This document shows, piece after piece, positions 7,106 through 15,929 of a stretch of DNA of 64,000 bases. The position numbers and the translations under genes are program-made. The stretch's first letter is position 1; each line of letters starts with the position of its first letter. The stretch comes from Patescibacteria group bacterium (GTDB taxonomy: Bacteria > Patescibacteriota > Minisyncoccia > Moranbacterales > UBA2206): the NCBI GenBank assembly GCA_022711335.1, contig JAKLFF010000001.1, positions 40,260-104,259 on the forward strand. The letters run 5' to 3'. The notes beneath the pieces are model-generated. The model saw nothing but the letters and a program-made list of their open reading frames with translations, ran no database searches and was not told the DNA's origin.

Positions 7106-9373
7106 CTATTTTATGTAGCTACATTCCTTGTTCGAACACCTGGCTTTTCCTTTAGCGGCAAACGTCATAAGGCTTTTGCACTTCGGGCATTTTTCTCCGG
7201 TCGGCTTATTCCAGAGGGCGAAATCGCAGTTTGGATAAGCATTACATCCGTAAAAAATTCTTCCCTTTTTGCTTTTTCGCTCGACTATTTCGCCTTTTTC
7301 ACATTTTGGACAGGTAATCCCGGTTTTATTTTCTATCTTCTTTATATTCTTACAATTGGGATAATTGGAACATCCCAGAAAGGCTCCAAACCGGCCTCGT
7401 TTTACGGCCATTTTAGCTCCGCAAAGTTCGCAAATTTCTCCGGCATGCTGTTCGTCTAATTTTTTTTCAGAATCTGTTTTTTCAGTATAGCGGCAGTTGG
7501 GATAATTTGAACAAGCGATGAATTTTCCAAAGCGGCCGAATTTCAAAACCAGGTCTCCGCCGCATTCAGGACAATTGCGGTCAAGTTTTTCCTGAAAAGA
7601 TTCCTTTTTGACTTCTTTGGTTTTGTTTTTCAGATGCTTGATGAAGGGATCATAAAAACTTTGGATGACTGGAACCCATTTTATTTTTCCTTCAGCTATT
7701 TCATCAAAATCTTCTTCTACCGTAGCGGTAAAGTTGATGTCGACAATTTCCGGGAAATGTTCGACGAGAAGATCATTGACGACGAGGCCGATTTCAAGGG
7801 GATAAAGCCTTTTCTCTTCGTTTTTTTCGATATATTTTCGGTCGAGTATAGTTGAAATAGTCGGAGCGTATGTAGATGGGCGGCCAATCCCATTTTCTTC
7901 AAGAACTTTGACCAAAGTCGCCTCAGAGTATCGGGGCGGCGGAACAGTTGTTTTTTCTTCAACATTTATGTCGGCTGTTTCCAGTTCGTCTCCGGTTTTG
8001 AGCGGAGGAAGGATATTTTCCCCGTTGGCTTTCCGGAAGGAGTTGACTTTCAAAAACCCGTCAAACTTTATGGTAGATCCGCTGGCGGAAAGAAGATAAT
8101 TATTTTTCGATTTTTTATTCTGGGCTGAAATAGAAACTTTGACCGAATCAAAAACCGCGGGTGCCATTTGCGAAGCAATCATTCTTTCCCAAATAAGCCT
8201 GTATAGCTTGTACTGTTCGTGTTCCAGATCCTTTTTTAGCTCATCCGGATGCTTATCGGGATAAGCTGGACGGATAGCCTCGTGCGCTTCCTGGGCGTTT
8301 TTTGATTTATTTTTAAAAAATCTGGGGTTTTCAAGCGCATACTCTTTTCCAAATTCTTTTTCTATCGTTTTTTTGGCAGAGAGAATGGATTCGAGCGAAA
8401 GATTGACGCTGTCGGTTCTCATATAGGTTATGAATCCCTGCTCATAAAGCTTCTGGGCGGTCATCATGGTTTTTTTAGCGGAGTAACCCAGATTATTTAT
8501 GGCGCTTTGCTGCAGAGTGGAAGTGGTGAAAGGAGGGCTGGGATGACGGAGTGTTTCTTTTTCGGAGATATCGATAATTTCAATTTTGGATTTCTCCAGG
8601 TCAGTGGCGGATTCTTTAGCGCTTTTCTCGTCAGAGAAAATAGTTCTTTTAGTTTTATAGTCTCCGGCGAAAAGCTTGATAGTTTTCGCTACTTCCGTCT
8701 TTTTTCCGTTCTTTTCTATGATTTCCGCTTTAAATTTTTCAAGATCGGATGCGCCGTTTTTTTTGAGTTCAACAGAAACGTTCCAATATTTTTCACTTTT
8801 GAATTTTTCAATTTCCCGCTCCCGTTCGCAAATGAAACGGAGGGCAACAGATTGCACTCGTCCGGCACTGAGACCGCGGCGGATTTTTTTCCAGAGAAAC
8901 GGAGAAAGCTTATATCCGACTAGCCGATCAAGAATCCTTCTGGCCTGCTGGGCGTCAACCAGGTCAATGTCAATCTTGCGCGGATTTTCAAGCGCCTTAG
9001 TTATGGCATTTTTGGTAATTTCATGGAAAACTATCCGTTCAAAATTCTTTTTTTTGGAAAGCCCTAAAGCTTCAACGAGGTGCCAGGAGATAGCTTCTCC
9101 TTCGCGGTCTTCATCGGTTGCAAGAATCACTTTTTCGGCTGAAGATGCCTGTTTTTTAAGCTCTTTTACTCGGTTTATAGCTTTCGGAGGAATTTCATAT
9201 TTCGGCTCAAAGTTGTTTTCAACATCAATCGCCAATTCTTTTTCCGGCAAATCACGAATGTGTCCGTAGGAAGATTTTACGGAAAAACCTTTTCCAAGAA
9301 ATTTGGAAATAGTTTTGGCTTTAGTTGGAGACTCAACAATGACTAACTTCATGAAGCATGGAACATATAGCAT
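7106..9373 (-). CDS. topA: DNA topoisomerase I with C-terminal zinc-ribbon repeats
   Basis: The Toprim start is MKLVIVESPTKAKTISKFLG, so the true start is probably the second Met near 9352. The active-site region YITYMRTDS is present. There are multiple C-terminal CxxC...CxxC zinc fingers. Confidence 0.9.
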   Translation of the reverse strand: MLYVPCFMKLVIVESPTKAKTISKFLGKGFSVKSSYGHIRDLPEKELAIDVENNFEPKYEIPPKAINRVKELKKQASSAEKVILATDEDREGEAISWHLVEALGLSKKKNFERIVFHEITKNAITKALENPRKIDIDLVDAQQARRILDRLVGYKLSPFLWKKIRRGLSAGRVQSVALRFICEREREIEKFKSEKYWNVSVELKKNGASDLEKFKAEIIEKNGKKTEVAKTIKLFAGDYKTKRTIFSDEKSAKESATDLEKSKIEIIDISEKETLRHPSPPFTTSTLQQSAINNLGYSAKKTMMTAQKLYEQGFITYMRTDSVNLSLESILSAKKTIEKEFGKEYALENPRFFKNKSKNAQEAHEAIRPAYPDKHPDELKKDLEHEQYKLYRLIWERMIASQMAPAVFDSVKVSISAQNKKSKNNYLLSASGSTIKFDGFLKVNSFRKANGENILPPLKTGDELETADINVEEKTTVPPPRYSEATLVKVLEENGIGRPSTYAPTISTILDRKYIEKNEEKRLYPLEIGLVVNDLLVEHFPEIVDINFTATVEEDFDEIAEGKIKWVPVIQSFYDPFIKHLKNKTKEVKKESFQEKLDRNCPECGGDLVLKFGRFGKFIACSNYPNCRYTEKTDSEKKLDEQHAGEICELCGAKMAVKRGRFGAFLGCSNYPNCKNIKKIENKTGITCPKCEKGEIVERKSKKGRIFYGCNAYPNCDFALWNKPTGEKCPKCKSLMTFAAKGKARCSNKECSYIK

Positions 9374-9412
9374 GTAACAAAAATAAAAATGTTATATGTT
9401 TTATGTTATGTG

Positions 9413-10528
9413 TTATATGATTATATAGTTCTGTCCTCCTATATTTTTCACCCAACCCTTGATTTCCATAATTGAAAGCGTTGAAGATACATCCGCTGTT
9501 CCCAGTCTAGAGAGTTTCGAAATATTGTCAATATGGATTGGATCGGAAGACAGAATGTCAAGAAGGATTTTTTCATTTTCTGAATCGGGATTTTTTTGAA
9601 TATTCTTTTTTGGTTTTTCACAAAGAGACAGATCAAATTCTTCCAAAACATCTTTAATTCCCAAAACCAACTTGGCGCCTCTTTTAATGAGATTATTGGT
9701 TCCGATAGATTGCGGAGAAAAGATTGGTCCCGGGACGGAAAAAACTTCTCGGTTTGAGTCCAGCGCCATCTGCGCTGTGATAAGCGCGCCGGATGTTTCT
9801 CCAGCTTCGACAACCAGCGTCCCTCGAGACAGGCCGGCGACAATGCGGTTTCGCGCTGGAAAAGTAAGCGGGCCGGCTTTGATTCCAACGGGATATTCAG
9901 AAAGAAGCAAGCCATTTTCTATAATTTCTCGAGACAAATTGAAATTATTTCTCGGATAAAGGCTCAAGTCATCCAATCCGTTTCCAAGGACGGCAATGGT
10001 TTTTCCGCCGGCTTCAAGCGCTCCGCGGTGAGCAAAAGTGTCAATTCCTATGGCCATGCCGCTTACGACTGTAAAGCCGGAATTAGCCAGTTCGCGGGAA
10101 AAGCTTTTGGCAATCTGCGATCCATAAGAAGTATATTTCCTGGATCCTACCACTGAAATAAGCGGGGCGGAATTAATAGCGTCTGTTTTTCCCTTTATAT
10201 ACAACAGGTAGGGGGGATTTGAGATTTCTTTGAGCAGGCTCGGATATTCAGGAAAATCAAAAGTTATCATGCTAATTTTCTCCTTTTCCATTTTTTCCCA
10301 TTCTTCATCGGGATTTATATTATTTCTTTCAAAAACAATTCTTTTTGCTAGTTTTTCTCCGATTTTAGCGAACAGCAGTTCACTAAAATCCGCCTTCCAA
10401 ACGGCTTCCGGATCAGAAAAATATCCCAGCATCATTTTCATCTTTTGCGTCCCGACGCCGGGGATGATATTCAAGGCATTAAGATATTTCATTTTTAAAA
10501 GATAACACAAGGAACGTCCTCTTGACAA
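9413..10528 (-). CDS. dprA: DNA processing protein DprA (Smf)
   Basis: The Rossmann-like DprA core reads SVVGSRKYTSYGSQIAKSFSRELANSGFTVVSGMAIGIDTFAHRGAL...LVVEAGETSGALITAQMAL. The likely start is an internal Met (MKYLNAL, near 10492). Confidence 0.85.
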   Translation of the reverse strand: MSRGRSLCYLLKMKYLNALNIIPGVGTQKMKMMLGYFSDPEAVWKADFSELLFAKIGEKLAKRIVFERNNINPDEEWEKMEKEKISMITFDFPEYPSLLKEISNPPYLLYIKGKTDAINSAPLISVVGSRKYTSYGSQIAKSFSRELANSGFTVVSGMAIGIDTFAHRGALEAGGKTIAVLGNGLDDLSLYPRNNFNLSREIIENGLLLSEYPVGIKAGPLTFPARNRIVAGLSRGTLVVEAGETSGALITAQMALDSNREVFSVPGPIFSPQSIGTNNLIKRGAKLVLGIKDVLEEFDLSLCEKPKKNIQKNPDSENEKILLDILSSDPIHIDNISKLSRLGTADVSSTLSIMEIKGWVKNIGGQNYIII

Positions 10529-10592
10529 ATTATCCCATTATGTGTTAGTATTTTGAATCACGAAACGCACAATAATAAAGGGAAATTTAAAT

Positions 10593-11660
10593 ATGGCTGA
10601 AAAAATCGAAAAAACCAGCGAAATTTTTGAAAAAAATGCTTCAGATAAGCTGAGTTTTTTGATCTTGGTTGATGAGTTAATTTCCAGTCTGCCAGTCCGT
10701 TCGCAGGAAATTTTGAAAGAAAGATTCGGGCTTTCTTCAAAAAAAGGGAAAACTCTGGAAAAAATAGGGAAGAAATATAGCATTACCAGGGAAAGAGTGC
10801 GCCAGATCATCACCGATGCCATAAAAAATATTTCAAAAAAAGCAGGGGAAGAAAATTTCTCCAGAGCGGAAAATAGGATCGTTTTTGCAATTAGGGAAAA
10901 TAATGGTATAATTAAAGAAGAAGATATTTTTTTGAACCTGGGCTCAGGCAGCTCGCAAGAGAAAAATGCCTTGGCTTTCTTTGTGCAATGTTCAAAAAAA
11001 ATATTGATTGTATTTGAAAAAGGAACGCTGGAAAAGTCCTGGGTCCTGTCAAAAGACGTCATAGCTTCAGTAAAAAAAGTTCATGAAAAAGCAAAAGATG
11101 TTTTCGGAAAGGAGCAAAAACCGCTCGGAGACGAAGAAGTTTTAGAAAAATTGTCAGAAGATTTTTCCGGTGCAGAAAAAGAGCAAATTCTGAACTTCCT
11201 TTCGATTTCGACCGAATTTGGAAAAAATGTGTTCGGAAAATGGGGAATAAAAAATTGGGATGAAATAAATCCCAAAGGAACGCGGGAGAAATTGCATCTG
11301 ATTTTGAAAGAAACCGGAAAGCCTTTGCACTTTACGGAGATTGCGTCGCTTATCGACAAGCATAAGTTGGGGAAAAAGAAAGCCCATCCGCAGACGGTCC
11401 ATAATGAGCTTATAAAAGATAGCCGATTTGTTCTTATCGGAAGAGGAATATACGCGCTTAGCGAGTGGGGATATGAAGAAGGGACCATAAAGGATGTCCT
11501 CAAGGATATTTTGGAAAAAAGCAAAAAACCCCTGCGGAAAGACGAAATTCTGGAGAAAGTCATGGAGGTGAGAAAGGTAAAGAAAACTACTGTGATGATA
11601 AATCTGAACAATAGCGAATTTTTTGAAAAGAAAGAGGATTTGTATTATATCAAAAAATAA
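10593..11660 (+). CDS. Sigma-70 region-4-like HTH domain protein fused to an unknown ~270 aa C-terminal domain
   Basis: The N-terminus EILKERFGLSSKKGKTLEKIGKKYSITRERVRQI matches the sigma70 region 4 signature. There are no region-2 motifs. It is the first gene of a same-strand cluster. Confidence 0.6.
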   Translation: MAEKIEKTSEIFEKNASDKLSFLILVDELISSLPVRSQEILKERFGLSSKKGKTLEKIGKKYSITRERVRQIITDAIKNISKKAGEENFSRAENRIVFAIRENNGIIKEEDIFLNLGSGSSQEKNALAFFVQCSKKILIVFEKGTLEKSWVLSKDVIASVKKVHEKAKDVFGKEQKPLGDEEVLEKLSEDFSGAEKEQILNFLSISTEFGKNVFGKWGIKNWDEINPKGTREKLHLILKETGKPLHFTEIASLIDKHKLGKKKAHPQTVHNELIKDSRFVLIGRGIYALSEWGYEEGTIKDVLKDILEKSKKPLRKDEILEKVMEVRKVKKTTVMINLNNSEFFEKKEDLYYIKK

Positions 11661-11763
11661 TTGCAAATCAGCCATATATTTTAAAAACAAAAAATAGTAC
11701 GCTTCGCCAAATAGTCCGCGGAAACGGACTGTCGCAACGCCGCTTTTTGGCGAGATTAAAAAG

Positions 11764-13029
11764 ATGAATTTAATCGATCAAAATTTTTTAGAAGCTGCAG
11801 GCAAGATGTTTTACCATACCTGGTGGATAGTTTTGCCTGCGGCTTTTTATTTTATCTTCAAGGAGCTTTGGAAGGATTTTGTGGCCTTTTTTTCCAAAAC
11901 CAGTTGGTATAACGTCAAAAAGTGGACGATGGTGGAAGTTATTCCTCCGCGCGAAATTGAAAAAGGCCCGAAAATGATGGAGTCTTTCTTTTCCGGAATC
12001 GCGGCGGTGCTTACAACTTACAATACTTTTGATGAATATTTGAAAGGCGCTTTCTGGCACGACCGTTTCGGATTGGAGCTGGTCGGAGAGGAGGGCAAAA
12101 TCCACTTTTATTTCAGATTTGAAACAAAACACCGGAATATGATAGAAGCGCAAATTTATGCGCAGTACCCGGATGCTGAGATTATTGAAGTCGAAGACTA
12201 TTACCAGCGCTTTCCGAAAGTTGTTCCAAACAAGAATTGGGATCTTTGGGGAACGGATATGGAATTTACGGCTCCTAATATTTATCCGATAAAAACTTAT
12301 GATAAATTCGAAGAGTCCGTGACGGGAGAAATGATTGATCCAATGGCGGCGATGTGTGAAGTTTTGGGAACTTTGGGGCCGGGGCAGCACATCTGGCTTC
12401 AATATATTCTTCAGCCGCTTCCCGAGCCTTGGAAAAAAGCGAAGTCTCAGCAGCAGATTCTTGATAAGCTGACCGGGCGGGAAAAAACTGATTCGGCCGG
12501 AGCACTGGGGCATCTGGGCGAAGTGTTTTCCAACATTTTTAGCGGGATGTTCGGGGCAGTCGAATTTAAAAAAACGGAAAAAAAAGAGCAGGCGCCTCTG
12601 GAATTCCGCCTTACTCCCGTTGAAAAGGATGTTTTAAAAGCGGTGGAAGAAAAACTGGGAAAGAATGTGTTTTTAAGCAAAGTAAGAATGATAGTTCTCG
12701 CAAAAAGAGAAAATTTTGAAAAATCTAAAATATCCGCTTTTATGGGGACAATAAAACAGTTCAGCGATATCAATATGAACCAGATCAAGCCGGAAGACAT
12801 TACCAAGACCTATGGAAAAATTTTTTTCATCAAAAGAATGGAAGCTTTTCGAAAAAGGAAAATATGGGCGAGATACAAAACTAGAAACATGGACGGTCCG
12901 AAAATTGTTTTATCAACGAAAGAATTAGCCTCTCTTTTCCATTTTCCGGATATGGGAGTGAAGTCTCCGGCTGTGCCGAGAACAGCTTCGAAGCTTGGCA
13001 GTGCGCCGTCGAATCTGCCGATTCAATAA
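11764..13029 (+). CDS. Hypothetical protein with one N-terminal TM helix
   Basis: The 421 aa ORF has a hydrophobic segment FYHTWWIVLPAAFYFIF. It lies directly upstream of the P-loop ATPase gene and I recognise no family signature. Confidence 0.55.
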   Translation: MNLIDQNFLEAAGKMFYHTWWIVLPAAFYFIFKELWKDFVAFFSKTSWYNVKKWTMVEVIPPREIEKGPKMMESFFSGIAAVLTTYNTFDEYLKGAFWHDRFGLELVGEEGKIHFYFRFETKHRNMIEAQIYAQYPDAEIIEVEDYYQRFPKVVPNKNWDLWGTDMEFTAPNIYPIKTYDKFEESVTGEMIDPMAAMCEVLGTLGPGQHIWLQYILQPLPEPWKKAKSQQQILDKLTGREKTDSAGALGHLGEVFSNIFSGMFGAVEFKKTEKKEQAPLEFRLTPVEKDVLKAVEEKLGKNVFLSKVRMIVLAKRENFEKSKISAFMGTIKQFSDINMNQIKPEDITKTYGKIFFIKRMEAFRKRKIWARYKTRNMDGPKIVLSTKELASLFHFPDMGVKSPAVPRTASKLGSAPSNLPIQ

Positions 13030-13136
13030 TTTGTAAATTATTTTTCATTCTGAACAAATTGAAGAATCCTGCGCATAATATGCATTATAACGGGATCCTT
13101 CTCCGTCAACTGGCGGATCAGGATGATTGACATTTT

Positions 13137-15143
13137 ATGTCAATCAATTTTTTTGCCAAAACCAATTTCAGAAACCAGGAAAGGATTTTCGGAATCAAAG
13201 AAGACGATCGCCGCCGCCATATGTATGTGATTGGAAAAACTGGAATGGGAAAATCCAATTTATTGGAAAATATGGCAATCCAGGATATACGGGCGGGAAA
13301 AGGCGTCTGCGTAGTTGATCCTCACGGGGAATTTGCGGAAAAAATGATGCGGGCGATTCCGGCAGATCGGATAAACGACGTTGTTTATTTTAATCCGGCT
13401 GATCGCGAATTTCCGGTGGCTTTCAATATTTTGGAAGCGGTGGACGAGGACAAAAAAAACCTGATTGCGAGCGGAATGATGGGAGTTTTCAAGAAAATCT
13501 GGCCGGATGTTTGGAGCCCTAGAATGGAATATATTCTCAACAACATGATTTTGGCGCTTCTTGATTATCCCGGATCAACGATGCTTGGAGTAAACCGGAT
13601 GATGTTCGATAAGGATTTCAGAAAACGTGTTTATCCGAAAATAAAAGATCCAGTCGTGAAATCTTTTTGGATCAATGAATTCGATCAGTGGGATGACAAA
13701 TTCCGAAAGGAAGCCGTAGCGGCTATTCAAAACAAAGTTGGGCAGTTCCTTTCTTCTTCCGTGATCCGCCACATTGTCGGCCAGCCGAAATCAACGATTG
13801 ACATGCGGGAAATTATGGACAATGAAAAAATTCTCATTGTTAATGTTTCAAAAGGCCGGATCGGGGAGGATGCCATGCGCCTTTTGGGAGGAATGATCGT
13901 GACAAAGATCCAACTGGCGGCGATGGGAAGAGTGGAAGTTCCGGAGGAGCAAAGGAAAGACTTCTATCTTTATGTCGATGAATTCCAAAATTTTGCCACG
14001 GAATCTTTTGCCAATATTTTGTCTGAAGCCAGAAAATACAAGCTTTGCCTTGTTTTAGCCCATCAATACATAAATCAGCTGATTTTTGACGGAAATTCCA
14101 CTGTTCGGGACGCGATATTTGGAAATGTCGGAACCATAGTGGCTTTTCGGGTTGGAGCGGAAGATGCGGAGCATCTGGAAAAGGAATTTGAGCCGGTTTT
14201 TATGATGAACGATTTGGTGAATCTCAATAAATATAATATTTATCTGAAGTTGATGATTGATGGAATTGCCGGGGATGCTTTTTCGGCTGCCTCCCTTCCT
14301 CCCATGGATATAGCTGATACGGCTGAAAATGAAGAGAAAGCCGTCCGGGTTTCGAGGGAAAGGTATGGAAAATCAAGGACGGAAATAGAGGAGAAAATTG
14401 CCCGCTGGAGCGGAATAATGGATATGGATGAGCCGAAAAAAAATAATGTTTTGCCCAGTAGCGGCCTAAATGGAGATAGGAGAAGCGATCAGTCTGCCAG
14501 ACGGGGAAATTTTAATAATTTTTCGCGCAGCCAAAATCAGAAGAGAATCTACGGCCGTGATGCTAACAAGCCCAAAAGTGTTTTTCAAATGCCGGTTTTG
14601 AAAAAAAAAGAAGAAATAAAAACAGTTAGGCTGTCTGAATCTGTTAATTTTCCTGAAAAAAGTATTTCCGAAAGCAAAAAAGGTGCAGGAAAAGTGGTTG
14701 AAAAAAACAAAAAAATACCGGAACAAAAAAATGATTTGCAAGAAAGTGTCGATATGTATGAGGCGGTCTGCAGTACGTGCGAAGAAAAAATTCAGGTTCC
14801 ATTCAAGCCTGATCCAAACCGGCCGACTTTTTGCAAAGAGTGTTTGAAGGATTATCAGAGATCGAGAGCCAGGGTGCAAAAGGAAAAAGAAGACGCAGTT
14901 TCATATAGAAGGAAAGAAGGAGGGGGCGATATTCGGAACGAAAAAAACCAACCGGAATTTCCAGAAAAAAAGCATTCACAGCCGGCTGCCTATGTCTCAA
15001 ATGAAAAGCCGATGAGTCTTTCCCAGATGTCCTATATTGCTCCAAAAAAATTCAAGCCGCAAAGAAAGCGGCCGGAAGTCAATTTGAATGAGGTGAGAAA
15101 GCTTATAAACAAAAGTTTAAACGGAAAAAATGCCAAAAATTAG
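13137..15143 (+). CDS. FtsK/HerA/TraD-superfamily P-loop ATPase (DUF87/AAA_10-like) with C-terminal zinc ribbon and basic tail
   Basis: Walker A is MYVIGKTGMGKSN followed by VVDPHGEF. Walker B is FYLYVDEFQNFA. The sensor is RKYKLCLVLAHQYINQL. The C-terminal zinc ribbon is CSTCEEKIQVPFKPDPNRPTFCKEC. Confidence 0.7.
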   Translation: MSINFFAKTNFRNQERIFGIKEDDRRRHMYVIGKTGMGKSNLLENMAIQDIRAGKGVCVVDPHGEFAEKMMRAIPADRINDVVYFNPADREFPVAFNILEAVDEDKKNLIASGMMGVFKKIWPDVWSPRMEYILNNMILALLDYPGSTMLGVNRMMFDKDFRKRVYPKIKDPVVKSFWINEFDQWDDKFRKEAVAAIQNKVGQFLSSSVIRHIVGQPKSTIDMREIMDNEKILIVNVSKGRIGEDAMRLLGGMIVTKIQLAAMGRVEVPEEQRKDFYLYVDEFQNFATESFANILSEARKYKLCLVLAHQYINQLIFDGNSTVRDAIFGNVGTIVAFRVGAEDAEHLEKEFEPVFMMNDLVNLNKYNIYLKLMIDGIAGDAFSAASLPPMDIADTAENEEKAVRVSRERYGKSRTEIEEKIARWSGIMDMDEPKKNNVLPSSGLNGDRRSDQSARRGNFNNFSRSQNQKRIYGRDANKPKSVFQMPVLKKKEEIKTVRLSESVNFPEKSISESKKGAGKVVEKNKKIPEQKNDLQESVDMYEAVCSTCEEKIQVPFKPDPNRPTFCKECLKDYQRSRARVQKEKEDAVSYRRKEGGGDIRNEKNQPEFPEKKHSQPAAYVSNEKPMSLSQMSYIAPKKFKPQRKRPEVNLNEVRKLINKSLNGKNAKN

Positions 15144-15354
15144 CACGGATTTGAATTTAGGCCAGAAAGTTTCTTCTCCGCTAGCTTTTATATTTTTGAT
15201 TATTTTAAGCTTTGTTGTGGCCTGGTATACGGTAAATGCAGGGGAGGGAATTTTGGATAACGCCAAAAAATCAAGCATAGTTAATATTGAAAAAAGGGGG
15301 AGCGAAAATGAAAAAACCAATCCTAAACCTAATCATTTAGAAAACGTAAAATAA
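15130..15354 (+). CDS. Small single-TM hypothetical protein
   Basis: 74 aa with the hydrophobic core LAFIFLIILSFVVAWY. It overlaps the ATPase stop by 14 nt. Confidence 0.35.
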   Translation: MPKISTDLNLGQKVSSPLAFIFLIILSFVVAWYTVNAGEGILDNAKKSSIVNIEKRGSENEKTNPKPNHLENVK

Positions 15355-15367
15355 TCAAACCAAAATT

Positions 15368-15649
15368 ATGTACACCAATGATGATTTAAAAAACCTGGAT
15401 TCAGAGGATAAAAAAAGAAAAAGAAATTCTTTGCAGATGGAAATTATTATGCTAGAATCAGAAATCAGCAAACTGGCAGCGGAAAAAAACAGTCTGGACG
15501 CCGAAATACGAAAAATGAAAATGGATGAAGAAAGATTTCGATTATCAGCGGACGAAAAGAAAAAAAGATTCGATTTTGTCGATCAAAGCATTTCAGAAAA
15601 GGAAGCGGAAGTGAAAAATGTCAGAAAGAAGCTTAATTTATTAATTTAA
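15368..15649 (+). CDS. Small coiled-coil hypothetical protein
   Basis: 93 aa, rich in K/E heptads. It lies in the same-strand cluster. Confidence 0.4.
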   Translation: MYTNDDLKNLDSEDKKRKRNSLQMEIIMLESEISKLAAEKNSLDAEIRKMKMDEERFRLSADEKKKRFDFVDQSISEKEAEVKNVRKKLNLLI

Positions 15650-15653
15650 AATA

Positions 15654-15911
15654 ATGGATATTAACATTCATTCTAATCTTCACAGATTTGTCGAAAAATT
15701 TCTAAAAGATAGGGGGGTTGCGATTGATCCCAAGAAAAAATCCGGGTTTGACAACAAAATAAAGTCCGTCGAAAGCGCTTTTGACAACCAGCTTTCCAAA
15801 GCTTTCGAAAATGCCGGAGAGAGCCTTAAAAATCTGAAAAAGGAAGACGGCTTTGAAATGGATTATGCGCACGCAAAAGATATTCTGAATGATGTTACTG
15901 TAAAAATGTAA
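15654..15911 (+). CDS. Small hypothetical protein
   Basis: 85 aa ORF spaced tightly before alaS. Confidence 0.4.
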   Translation: MDINIHSNLHRFVEKFLKDRGVAIDPKKKSGFDNKIKSVESAFDNQLSKAFENAGESLKNLKKEDGFEMDYAHAKDILNDVTVKM

Positions 15912-15929
15912 ATTATTGGAAAAAATATT

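Noticed and set aside
8507-9269. Plus-strand ORFs (138 aa, 197 aa) inside topA
   Set aside because: They are antisense to the unmistakable topoisomerase I gene.
10538-11690. Minus-strand ORFs 10538..11062, 11081..11611 and 11154..11690 overlapping the sigma-r4 fusion gene
   Set aside because: They are antisense to a plus-strand ORF with a clear sigma region-4 signature. Their products are low-complexity Phe/Ser-rich peptides typical of AT-rich antisense frames.
11788-12806. Minus-strand ORFs antisense to the 421 aa TM protein gene
   Set aside because: The plus-strand gene is part of a tightly spaced same-strand cluster. The antisense frames lack start context and motifs.
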